A stretch of DNA of 64,000 nt from Lobosporangium transversale (lineage: Eukaryota), in the NCBI RefSeq assembly GCF_002105155.1, contig NW_019029008.1:124001-188000 (forward strand), read 5' to 3'. Below the pieces are notes generated by a model. It ran no database searches and was not told where the DNA came from. It saw nothing but the letters and a program-made list of their open reading frames with translations. Position 1 is the first letter of the stretch. The number at the start of each line of letters is the position of its first letter. The position numbers were made by a program, and so were the translations under genes. This document shows positions 40,878 to 51,729 of this stretch, one piece after another.

Positions 40878-41977
40878 GTCGATCACGTCCTGCATTTGCT
40901 GAAATATAATAGATTTGTAGCACCCTTATCTGAGCAAGTGTTTGTCAGCGCATGGAGTAATATATTCGACATACTCTTTGATGAATCTGGCCTACGAAGT
41001 ATTCCGTAAGTGGATTATATTACAAGTTTTGTCGCTTTCCGGGATATCGCACCGCTTATTGTCCAATACCTTATGTTTTTACTTGAATAGTGGTGAACTA
41101 GGCAGTAAGGCCTCGCGGAGTTCTCGCATTTTGACCGAGAACGCATTCAGCCATAAGACGGCGACCAGTATAAACCCTAAAAAAGTAGACATGACAATCA
41201 GAGTCTGTATCAACAATGCCTGGGCGGATGAGATTTGCATATTTGAGTGCAAACCCGAGGTCAGTGATCTCATCTGCCAAGTGCAACAAGAAAAAAGTGT
41301 CTGCCTGAACACCGCCATCCTCTTGGCCCTGGAGGAGAAGGGTCTTGAGATCGCACAATGGCACCCTATTATTGCGGAAACTCGTGCTCTAGCTGTTGAT
41401 TTTTACGCACTCCGACGTTACGGCGACATTATCGGTGCTGGTCGAGCGACGCAAGAGAAGGTGTGGCTTCCATCTGGATACAGCATGTTGGATGCTTTTC
41501 TGAACTCACGTTCGTTTGAGGTGTTACTTGGCTTTCGGGTGAGTACCTTTCTTCGAGATAGCTGCATGGTATTTATATGTTCAAGAGCGACGACTAATAC
41601 TGAGTTGATCTGCATAGGCACACATGGCTTTGTATGCTAAAAAGGCCACTGCTACGCTTGCGTCCTCCCCAGTCACACCACACTCAACATTCCCCGTCAG
41701 TGAAGACCTTTCCTCGCCGTTCACACCTTTGGCATGGCCCCTGCCGGCGTCAACAGCTGAGACCACTTCGTCTCCAGGAATCATGTTGGATGCTGTTGCG
41801 CCTGTCTCTCCAACGCTCACAGCAGTGTCATTACCCCAAAGACCAACGACTCCCCCGTCCCGAAAGCGCGGCATACCGTTCGTTGTGTTTTCCCCAAAGT
41901 CTCAGCGGCGCGGCAGCAAGTTAAGCACGAACTGTGGTGAATCCACCATCTATGTTGACGACGACTCGACTTTGTAG
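40878..41977 (+). CDS. 5'-truncated gene for a PD-(D/E)XK/REase-fold-like protein. Exons ~40878-41005, 41091-41538, 41618-41977
   Basis: In-phase GT-AG splicing gives ..SEQVFVSAWSNIFDILF..IPGELGSKAS..KKVDMTIRV..EICIFECKP..QQEKSVCLN (a D...ExK pattern). No start is identifiable, and the gene begins just inside the left TIR. Confidence 0.55.
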
Positions 41978-42283
41978 GTAGCAGTCAGCGGACGTTGAAA
42001 GCACAACTTTTTAGGAAGTCGGCTACAATGAACGACTTCACACCCTAGCTTACCTGCTTCTATTCATTGTATTTTTCATACTAAGTGATTGCATGATGCA
42101 GTGTTTTAAACAGAATATCATATTCAATTTGAACTGTTCCGGTGGGAAATAAACTTTGGCGGTTGTCTGAATCCTGTATGGATTTAAGTGCCAAAGTATA
42201 TTTTATATCTATCAATCATTATTTTTAAAAACAAATAGAGTTTCGATAAAGCATGCTGCGGCAATCATAGATATCTAAAATAA

Positions 42284-42565
42284 GAGATCCTGAATCATAG
42301 TTATGGCAATTGAGCTTTGGTATCTTGGCTTGGATGTGGAAGTGGAGTGAGCCATGTACCGCCATTCTCGAGCTATCTGTCCAACTATATTGGATCAACG
42401 TGTTTAAAACTACAAGATCAACCCCCTCACTACCTCAAACTGCATACTTTTTTTAAATATATTTCAAAGATCTTTCCATCGATATCAATGCGCCTTTCGC
42501 CAACTTCTGGATATTGCTCAATTCTTTGGATCTTGGGTGACTACTTGGATTCGGATGACCGCCTT
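42284..42565 (+). repeat. 282-bp direct repeat, copy A (copy B at 51700-51981)
   Basis: gagatcctgaatcatagttatggc...ggatgaccgcctt occurs twice and looks identical by eye. ORFs 42317 and 51733 translate identically over the repeat. Confidence 0.95.
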
Positions 42566-42999
42566 CTAGGCTGCCTTCATCTTCATCTCCATAGGAATTA
42601 TAGAGGAAAAATGCAGACCAGAAGCGGTGTTAGTTCCAAATCTCTGGCTCCAGTGACACCAAACCTTCCAATGAGAATATTATGTATTAAAAGCATGCAC
42701 ACGAACCAGGCTTGGCGGTGGGTAGACTTCCAATATTTTTTTTTTTCTTTTACAGAATGCATTTGCAAGTCTACCCACCGGATAAATGTTTCACCGGAGT
42801 TGAGGTGGATTATTATTGGGACGACCCTCCTGTTGTGAATACAACACTCATTGACCGATGTCTTAAACTGCTCCGTAGCACACCTACTGAACACACACAT
42901 TGCTGGGGAACACCCATTACAAATACAATTTACCTCAGCAGCACAATATCTTTTTAAAAAGAAATTGTGTGAAATGTCAAGATTACTTTATTGGACAGT

Positions 43000-45032
43000 T
43001 TAGTTCTCCTGGGTATGGGTGTTGAAAACTCGTGTGATATATTCAACCATCTCATCCTCCGTCTTGCCGTCCTTGAGGATGAAGTTGCGACGACTGAGCT
43101 TGATTGGGGCATCTTTATCGCGCCTCATATGTTGAATGACGTTTTCTCCCCTCGGCGAACGATCAAATCGCAACTCCTCAACATCAACGGCATCCAGCTC
43201 AGGGTTATCAGCAATGAATTGCTTCAGTCTGCGGTCAACGACCTTTCGTTGCTGTGCAAAGATGCGAAATCCTCCGACAGGTGATGGTTGAGGCTTTTGA
43301 AACTTTAAAATAACAAAGACTTCCTGCTCTTTACAAGGGCGAGAAATGACCCGATCCTGATTGGCCTCTCGGCGTGCACGCTCACTATTGGCAAGAGCGT
43401 CTCTGGCGTTTTGCAGGTCGAGTTTGGTCTCAGCGAGACTGAATAGTGCTGTATTGCGCTCTGCTTGAATGTATGCGAGGTTATCTTCAACATCCTTGAG
43501 ATCCTGTTGTGTGTTTCTGAGCACTAGCGAAACAGCTGCCAACTCTCTGCGCAGCGCTTCAATAGAAGGGTCTTCCTGCGCTGTTTCTGGGTAATGAAAA
43601 GTCATATTTTTCTTTAGTATCAGAATGTAGTTTGTCAATCAACAAAGCAAAATGGAGGAGCGATGTACAGTCACCTGAAATAAAGTTTGGACAAAATGGA
43701 TTTTCTTGATTTTTTTTTGAACAACCTGGACAAACAGCTCATATGCAACATACATAAAGACTTCATCAATACACATGAAATTTTACATGCTCACTAAAGA
43801 GGTCAATACTGTTATTTATTGGGGTTTTGAAGACGGCATTGTTAGAGTAGCAAAAGTGCCATGTAGGTTCAATAGTGAGTGTTCCTACCATCGACCCCAT
43901 TCACTTCTTCCAGCCTTTCGGGCATGGTAGCGACAAGGCTGGCCAGCCTCTCTTGCGGTAAATTATTCCACTCTTCGATAAGAGCCCGTGTGAGAGTGGG
44001 AAGATCTCTTGGCCCTTTAGCGCGCCTATCGAGTGCATCCGCAAGAAGTGACCATACATGTTCAATAGGGTTCAAATCTGGGGAGCATGAAGGCCAGTCT
44101 GGAATCCTCGGGATGCTGTTTTTTTCGCGCCATTCTTTTGCAATCTTACAAGTATGAACTGGAGCATTATCCTCCATAAGTATGCCATCCCCTACCTCAG
44201 CCATAAATCTGGCTAGCTCGCCTTGATATACATCTTCCACGAAACACCGTCCATCTTTACGACCTCTTTCAAATACAACCAACCGAGACTTTCTGGTTGC
44301 TGTGAACGCCCCCCAGACCATCAGAGTTGTTCTACCACTTTTGAAAGTGGGTGCGAGGCAATCATGATCGTACTTTTCCTCTACTTTACGCCAAACTCTT
44401 ATTTGACGAAAATGCTTACCAACTTCAAATGATGATTCGTCAGTCCAAACTACCCGATTCCAGTCTTCCATGGACCAACTCATATATTTTTTGACAAACT
44501 GCAGCCTCCTTTTTATATGTCCTTCTTTTAAGAATGGTTTTTTTACTGCAATCCGGCTGAAAATACCCAGTGAATGCAATGCCTTCGCAACTGTCCTCTC
44601 GCAAACTTTGTTCGGCAATTGGTTAGTGATATCATTAAGAGTACACCTTCTATTCTGCTTAGTATGGCGAACGATGCTCCTGAGGTCCCGTTCACTTAGT
44701 ACTTTGGGCCGTCCTGGGATCGGAGTGCAAGCAGTGGTGCCTCTTTCTTGGTACACCCTGATAATATTAATAACAGAGGTTCGGGGTACACCGCGTTGCA
44801 ATGCGATTTCCGCAGCCTTCATGCCCGCGAGGTGCATTCCAACGATGATACCTTTATTCTCAATGTCTAAGTGTCTCGCCATGGTGGTTTACTCAAGCTG
44901 TTTGTATGTGAAAAACAGGAAGGAAAGAGATTGAAGGAAACGCTTCCCTACGTAACTATTTCAATATTTTATTTTTTTGTCCAATCTTTGTTTCAGGTGA
45001 CTGTACATACTGGTGCACTTCTTGGTAGTCAT
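43000..45032 (-). CDS. Coiled-coil + DUF3627-like (large DNA virus-type) protein. Exon 1 45032-45011, exon 2 43586-43000; the intron carries a Tc1
   Basis: MTTKKCT+K joins TAQEDPS through GTATGT..CCAG. The C-terminus QDRV..KEQEVFVILK..FRIFAQQRK..SPRGEN..IKLSRRNFIL..EDEMVEYI resembles the DUF3627 pattern of Bro/KilA-N viral proteins (recognised from memory). Confidence 0.55.
43668..45003 (-). mobile_element. Complete Tc1/mariner transposon, 1336 bp, 29-bp TIRs, TA TSD
   Basis: TA|CAGTCACCTGAAATAAAGTTTGGACAAAA ... TTTTGTCCAATCTTTGTTTCAGGTGACTG|TA, with 2 mismatches between the TIRs. Confidence 0.95.
43869..44882 (-). CDS. Tc1-family transposase, intact 337 aa (DD35E spacing)
   Basis: HTH plus GRPK motif, then WTDES, MVWGAF, MEDNAPVH and WPSCSPDLNPIEHVW. 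Confidence 0.95.
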   Translation of the reverse strand: MARHLDIENKGIIVGMHLAGMKAAEIALQRGVPRTSVINIIRVYQERGTTACTPIPGRPKVLSERDLRSIVRHTKQNRRCTLNDITNQLPNKVCERTVAKALHSLGIFSRIAVKKPFLKEGHIKRRLQFVKKYMSWSMEDWNRVVWTDESSFEVGKHFRQIRVWRKVEEKYDHDCLAPTFKSGRTTLMVWGAFTATRKSRLVVFERGRKDGRCFVEDVYQGELARFMAEVGDGILMEDNAPVHTCKIAKEWREKNSIPRIPDWPSCSPDLNPIEHVWSLLADALDRRAKGPRDLPTLTRALIEEWNNLPQERLASLVATMPERLEEVNGVDGRNTHY

Positions 45033-45314
45033 TGTTTGGAATAGTAATGAGGAGAAATGGTGAAAAGCAATTCTTTCAGCAAAAATACAATACAAGATGA
45101 CTGTAGCTGATCACATGGAGATGGGAGTACTGCGGTGTGACAAAACGTTGCATGATAAATTTCGAGATGGATGACAAAAGAGATGAGATGGATAAAGATG
45201 AGATGGCATGAATTCATTGGTTCACATGGGTCGGAGTCGAGGTTGCAAAAAAAGTTGAGTCAGATAGAGAAGGTCTGTCAATTAGAGATAGATATAGTCC
45301 CTGTATTATGCGCA

Positions 45315-45392
45315 TAGCGGTGGGTAGACTTCCCAATATTTTATTTTCTTTTATAGAATGCATTTGCGAGTCAACCCACCAGATAAATATTT
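45315..45392 (+). repeat. Internal third copy of the palindromic TIR core (cggtgggtagactt..N..gagtcaacccacc)
   Basis: Aligns with 42714-42791 in direct orientation with a few substitutions. Confidence 0.9.
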
Positions 45393-45709
45393 CTCTCGGG
45401 TAAATCTAGTGGTAGCAGTAAAATCAGCAGAGTGGTGAAATTGGTGTGCAGAGTCTCTGTAAAAGCACAGGATGGTAAGGAAATATCCAGACAGAGATTT
45501 TGGTAACCTGATGAAATATAAGCTGTTCAGCCTCGAGAGTTGCTTGGAAATATTCCTTTTACCAAGTCACAAAGACATCTTAGGCTATTCTGGTACCCAA
45601 TACTACAGTGTTACTTCCAGCCTCTATTCTTCTATTTATTGAATATATTGTCATTCTACATTATAATTATTATGGAAGCAGTTTGATGTACTATTCTCAA
45701 ATTATTATT

Positions 45710-48163
45710 TTATACCGCTTTAGTTCTGCCCTCAAGTCTACCTCGCTGTAATTCTGCGTTTAAGTCTACCCCCATGACATATTGCTTGATACTTGATAGT
45801 TCTTTTGTCGGTTTAGGATCCACCCGACCAGCCCCAATCTTGAATTTTTGTTTCTTATATTCCTCAGCCTTAGCTTTTGGAACAACAAAAATAAATACAA
45901 CGTCCTTCTCTGAGCGAATCCACTTTTTTTCTTGAAGCTTTTTAAGAAGTTCTTTGCAAGATTCACTCTTGATACCATGCTTTACATTTACCGTAATCTG
46001 GAGTAGATAATTCGGCGCTATTAGCATATCAACGCAGGCAAAAGTCTTGCTTTTTGGGATCCATAGTTCTCCTTTCATCGATTCCTTGTAAACATCAAAA
46101 GCTTCGAAGAATTTAACCGTCGGCTTGGCATCGATGGTGATGGTGATATCTTGCTTTTTCTCTACATCTAGACTCTTGGCCACGAAGGTACAGTCGCCTC
46201 TCCGTAGTATGCGACGTATACATATCTCGAGCATAGCTCCTAGATCTACTCCAACTTTGCCATTGACTAATCGATCCAATATCATATCAAAAGTATTGTC
46301 GTCCGCTGCTTCGTACACCTTTTCGAGAATGTGATTAGAGGCCCACTCTAACACAAATTGCTGGTGATCTCCTATTGGACGACGATGAAGAAGTCGGCTG
46401 CTATATTGTAGTGAATCTTTGGCCTGTTCAAAATATTGTAACAGCTTCAATGGATCCTTGAGGTTGTCGAGGGCTTCTTCTACGCGACTGTATGCTACCC
46501 TCCTAGCTCCATCAAGATCTTTTTTATTAAAGTGCAGTCGGCTCGCTGGTTTCTCGAGAACATACCTTGGCACACCACCTATCTTCTCATAGAGTTCCAT
46601 CATAAATTCTTCGCTGACGATGTTAAAGGTCCGAACCATTTTTCTACACTGTCTTAACTCATCCAGCTCCCATGGTGCCATGTAATAAATCCATACCACC
46701 CTCTTTACAATTTCTTGATACATGTTGGACTCGGAAAATAACGTCTTTGGTGATACTGAGAAGATAGTTCGAGCCTCCATAAGCTCCGGCTTTGGTGAGC
46801 TGTCGACTAGGAACCAAGTGTTAGGTAGCTCTAGGAAGGCGGCGAAATCCTTTATATCTCCATTTTGAACAGTAGATGACCCACCAAAAGCGTAGCACAT
46901 TGAATCTTCTTTTCGCTGGATGATGACAATAGGTGGATCATCCTCAGTACTGGTTGCAAGTAGTCGGATGGCAAAATATATGAGAAAGGATGACTTCCCT
47001 ATACCAGCCGTCCCTGTAACAACAATACGGTTTCGTGCATCGTCCTCAGCGTTGCAAAACTGTTTGGTGATTAAATCGTAGAGATCCTTGAATTCCTTTC
47101 TTACATATAGATCTTGCGCATCGATCACCGGAAGCCTTGTCCCTGGTGGACTGGATATCACATAATCTGCTTTTCCAAAAGATGAACGTTTTAGCCTGGA
47201 AGCTGTTCGGGATATTGCTTGGAAGATGTTGGCCTCTGATGTTCTGCTTCCAATGTTCTCAAGCACCGAAACCAACTCTTTACTTGTAAGACGAGGAAGG
47301 TTGGCACGCCCATCTACTATGGCTTTTTCGGAAAGTCCTGCTGCTCGAATTGCCTTGATTAAGTTGTCCTCTTCAACTTTGGGTCTTTTGGAGGAAGTTT
47401 CGTCGCCCTCGTCGACTTCAAAATTGTCGCGACCCCTCTTTTGACCTGTTTTATTAAATCGAAAAGTATCAAGACTATGTTAGTGTTGCATCTCTATGTT
47501 TTCTCAAACACATCAATACCCCAAGTAAAAACCTGACGTGAGATCCATCTCAATAACAAATAAAACAGCTGTATTACAACGAAACAAACATAAAAAAGGC
47601 GTGATATCACATGGTGTTGGGCATGAAAATAAGCAAACAAGCTTCATCAATTGAAAATATAACTATCAGTCCGTCAAGAGCTAATACATACCTCGCTGCG
47701 GTGGCTTGACAAAAACATGGATAGTTTTCCTTGGAAGTTCAGAATTAAATATCTCCCAAAGCTCCATTGACGCGATTGTGAGAGCCTCTTTTGACTCGAT
47801 TTCTGACTCAAAGATAGCCTCGCCTTTGTCAGGGATGGAGACCTTGTAGAGGGTGAGATCTTTGGGCTTAATGCTTGGATCCACAGTAATATTGGGGTAG
47901 ATTGCTTGCTTGAGCATCCCGACCGATTTATCGCAGAAAATCTCTACTGGGAACGACGTTGCTTCTCCCTCAACAACGCAGTTCAGAACCAGCAGCAGTG
48001 GGATGGCGCGCTTTTTTCGTTGTGGGTGCTGGTTTACTCTTTTTCGCTTATTGAGTGTGGAGGCATCCTCAGGCTTATTTGCTGTCATTTTTTTTTGTGC
48101 TTGGCTCTCTGTGGAATCATTTGCAGCCATGTTTTTTTGTGCTTGGCTCCTTGTGGTGGCCAT
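45710..48163 (-). CDS. Crinkler (CRN)-type effector: N-terminal ubiquitin-like CRN domain + P-loop NTPase + REase-like domain. Exons 48163-47692, 47445-45710
   Basis: CRN N-terminus: LNCVVEGEATSFPVEI..SVGMLKQAI..LTLYKV..IHVFVKPP. NLS-like KRPK. Walker A VTGTAGIGKS, then LVDS, YMAPW and GGVPRYVL. C-terminal FACVDML..LQITVNVKHGIK. The intron is phase-consistent and I saw no stops. Confidence 0.88.
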
Positions 48164-48507
48164 TGAAAATTAAGATGAGTGGGACTGAGTGTGGTTGAAA
48201 TGCAGGGAGAATGATGGTTAAATAGGCAAAGGTATATTCTTACTCTATCACCCGTGGTCGCTGTATGAAAACAAAAATGAAAAATGTGTAAGGCAAAAAA
48301 AAAAAAAGGAAAGGAAAGGAAAGGAAAGGCAATAGATGAAGGCTTGGAATGAATAAAAGAGGTAAGTGGTGAAATATGAAAAAGGTGGCGAAAATGAAGT
48401 GGAGCAAAGGAAAGAAAGGAGCAAGGTTAGGCGACGTGTGAGAAAATATTTTTTTCAAATCAGCCACGTGCCATTTTCTGGGTCATTGTGACGTGACAAT
48501 CTTTAGT

Positions 48508-48636
48508 GCGCTGCAGAAGGTCAAGTTTGTCACTCTTTTTGGTTAGTCCTTTTCAGTTATAAGAATTTTGTTAAGTAAACCATTTATATTTGAAAGAGTC
48601 TAGCCAAAAAGAGCGACAAGCTTGACCCTCTGGCGC
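48508..48636. repeat. ~128-bp foldback/MITE-like inverted repeat upstream of the CRN gene
   Basis: cagaaggtcaagtttgtcactctttttggttagtccttttca pairs with tgaaagagtctagccaaaaagagcgacaagcttgaccctctg. Arms are ~45 bp, with mostly transition mismatches. Confidence 0.8.
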
Positions 48637-48651
48637 AAAGAACTCATTTCT

Positions 48652-48790
48652 CAGTCTCGTCACCAGCCTGAGGACGAAGTTCATGTGCACATGCACAGGC
48701 TGGGACCAAACTTGACATTTTGGCTAGAGGTCTCTTTTTTTAAATTTGAAAAAGTTTCCAAGTCGAAAACACGCCGCAGGAAAGGCTCTT
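48652..48790 (+). mobile_element. Additional diverged terminus of the Academ-like family (orphan end)
   Basis: CAGTCTCGTCACCAGCCTG..CAGGCTGGGACCAAACTT..AAGTCG..CGCAG resembles the reverse complement of the 55070 end, including its subterminal sequence. Confidence 0.7.
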
Positions 48791-49546
48791 TTTTTTCTGC
48801 CATTCTCGCCGCAGAAAATGGCTTTTTTTTTCAAAGTCCAGACTAGGATATTGATTTGATTGAGAACGAACGAGGAATGAGAAAAAAGAATGGTATATTT
48901 CGCGTAAAAAGAGTCATCATGCTCTAATTAATCAATTAATTACCTTTAATTAAGATAGTGTGCTTAATAAGGTCAGAGAGATGGAAACGAGAATTGTGGA
49001 GTAGATTCAAATGTTAGAATAATAAAATGTTAGAATAATAGATGGCAATGCAGATGATGGAAACAAGAGATGATTGGTAAAAATGAGGCTAGTGATTTGG
49101 GTGTGTGTGTAGGACCGATTAAAAAGCGCCATCCCGTTTGTCTAAAGGGCAAGTGGATAGTGATGGCTTCGTTCATAAAGGATGAACGATTGTAAAGAAT
49201 ACTCAATAGATATGGTATTTTCATTACAAGACAAAATTCCTTTCACTTGATTGACATTCGACTCTTTTCTTCATGCTTGAACCTCGGCGGTCCTCCTGCA
49301 TATGCGGTATTGATGTGAGTTTTTATGACACACTGTCCCGCATGTTTTAAATATCTAGGTGTTGCTTTAACATTCTGACCATTGTTGATAACGAGCTTCT
49401 GAATCTTAAGCTTGACGTGTATGTCGCCTGGGACCATGAAACAGAGGAATGTGATATTGTCACTTTTCTCCGAGGTTTGATCGGTTTCTCTTCAAGCAGG
49501 ACTCAGTAATATTATCGGCCATCCAATTATCAAGTCCCAGAAAATA

Positions 49547-50242
49547 ATACTGGCTAGGATCAAAGATGAGCGCCATCAGCAGATAGCTAATGCAAGAAGC
49601 CTGTCCTATGAGGATTTCATTGAGTTGTGCGAGTTGCCTGAGCTCACACATGCAGATAAGTATGCAGTGTCTAAATATCGCTTGATGAAAGCCTACAATA
49701 TAACCACACCTGACATTGTGACGCCTGAGTGGGTCAAGGATTATGATAATGAGAAAGAGAAAAGCGTTTACAAGAACCTGTGCTCTCTATACACCACTAA
49801 TAGCACCACTTTGGAAGATAGACTAGAGGCTGTCCGACAAAGGGAGGAGGCTAGACTAGGATTATGCCCAAAAACCAAAGTGCATCACAATCTTGAAGGC
49901 TCGCGATATGTCAAATTGCAATATGCAGCGGATATCATGACATCATGTGAATTCACAGATGTATTCGCCAGTAATACTGTGCAAGCACAGACTCTCAAAG
50001 AAGGAATCAGAAGGATATGGGAAGGCGTTTTGAAGGAAATGGATAACACTCGCACAGCACTGGATAGAAAGAAACCAACGCACAATAATTGGATATTCAA
50101 ACACCAACTAGGGTATCTAAACAATATTTTACATGATGTGCTTGGTGTTAAGATTGTGGGAGTCAACAAACGCTGTGCGAAATATCATCTGGTGCACTAC
50201 TCAAAGGTTGCTTCACTACGGCAGATGTCCTTTGATATTTAA
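49547..50242 (+). pseudogene. C-terminal fragment resembling replication origin-binding protein (UL9-like helicase family of large DNA viruses/plasmids)
   Basis: The frame upstream of ORF 49625 reads ILARIKDERHQQIANARSLSYEDFIELCELPELTHADKYAVSKYRLMKAYNI, like the IANA..I..E...L..LT..EK..L.KY.L...Y pattern after the helicase core of OBP-like proteins. The helicase core itself is absent. Confidence 0.45.
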
Positions 50243-50510
50243 AAAAATTGTGTGTTTAAATCACAGCAAAATGTTTATCCGGTGGGTAGACTTGCAAATG
50301 CATTCTATAAAAGAAAAAAAAAATATTGGAAGTCTACCCACCGCTAAGCCTGGTCCGTGCACGGGTAGCCAAAAGTGAGAACGACCTAATTTTATACTGT
50401 AGAATTCTAACATAAAAATATACAGTACGAATATTTGAAATGCGATGATTAGAGATAGCAACATAATAAAATGAATTGAGGCAAATAAAAGTACTGGTGA
50501 TATTTGATAA

Positions 50511-51729
50511 TGGATGCAGAATTTGACAAATTGTTATCAATGCAGTGGGGATTCCTGTACGAGGAATGGCCGACTGTGGAGCGGAACAAATTCCACCGTA
50601 CTGAGATCAAAGATATACAAGATATTCGAAAGATCAAGACTTTGTACAGAACAAGTTGGGCATCATTCCTGTGTACTTTTTCCTGGCTGTGATTTTTGGC
50701 ACGAGGCCTTATCCTGGCCCATACAGGAATGCTGAGAAAGGCGTGCTTATACTTTATATGCTGTTGAAAGGTATTCCAACTGGTGAGATGGGTGCATTCT
50801 TGCCCAAAAGTTCGTTTCATGATGTCTATAAGGACTTTTTTTGGCAGGGAGGCACATGTTTTAGAAGGGAAACTGACCGCCTATTTGGCAAGTATGTGTT
50901 CAAGCATAAGGCTGCGTTTGCTCTCTTCACGGGATGTGAATCCAGAGTCATTCAACACATCACGATGCACCTCGATGGTCATGACAGCCGAGTCGCTTAC
51001 ATCAATGCAGATAAAGTTAGCATGTATTCATACAAACTCAAAAAGTCAGGATTCCGCACGCAGGTATGCTGCGATATTAATGGTATGGTTGTTTTTGTAT
51101 CTCAGCCCGGTAAATGCCGCGATTTTAATGATGGAACCATGCTTTCTAGAATGGCTATTGAGAAGAAGATCCATCCCCTTGATTGCATTGCTCTAGATGG
51201 TGGCTATACACAGTATATTGAGGGCATTATAACAGGCAGTGGAATATTGAAATCGTCAAATTTCAGCTGCCCAATCCGCAAATGCAAAGGAATTGCATTG
51301 ACAGACAGCGAGAGTAGATATAACGACATGTTTGGCAGCTTTCGCTCAAGGATTGAAAGCTATTTTGGGGAAATGCAGACCACCTTCAACAAATTCAGCA
51401 ACACTGTGGTGAATAGAGTCTCAGAGAAGAGCTCAGAGAAGAGCACTTTTTCATTGCAATTCAAGCTGTGCTGCTTGCTCCTCAACATCAAACGCATGGT
51501 AGCATTGCGCAATATCACCGCCGAGGCGCATCATAGCTATTGGACACAGGACAGCTTTGAATATCCAGATGGTAATAACGCCACTCTTGTACAGGTTTTG
51601 ACTCCAAGTTATAAAGTCAAGATGGATCATGCACGAAGTATCTTCAAACTGCAGGATGCCTTCTTAAACAATTCACTCACCTCTTCCAATGCTGACGATG
51701 AGATCCTGAATCATAGTTATGGCAATTGA
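50511..51729 (+). pseudogene. Frameshifted DDE_Tnp_4 (PIF/Harbinger/IS5-like) transposase
   Basis: HLDGHD, YSYKLKKSG, DFNDGTML, ALDGGY, PIRK and YNDMFGSFRSRIESYFG give the catalytic pattern. The N-terminal part is split across ORFs 50504, 50656 and 50783. Confidence 0.8.

Larger units (their letters stand above)
42700..50359. mobile_element. Inner ~7.7-kb cargo-carrying element with ~90-bp TIRs (CACG...CGTG termini, possible 2-bp CA TSD); encodes no transposase of its own
   Basis: 42700-42791 matches the reverse complement of 50269-50359 (cacg(a/g)accaggctt(g/a)gcggtgggtagactt..aagtctacccaccggataaa). Flanks read tgCA|cacg and cgtg|CAcg. Confidence 0.6.

Noticed and set aside
42716..50343. 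CRISPR-like array interpretation of the palindromic repeats
   Set aside because: Eukaryotic context, kb-scale spacing, mixed orientation and no cas genes.
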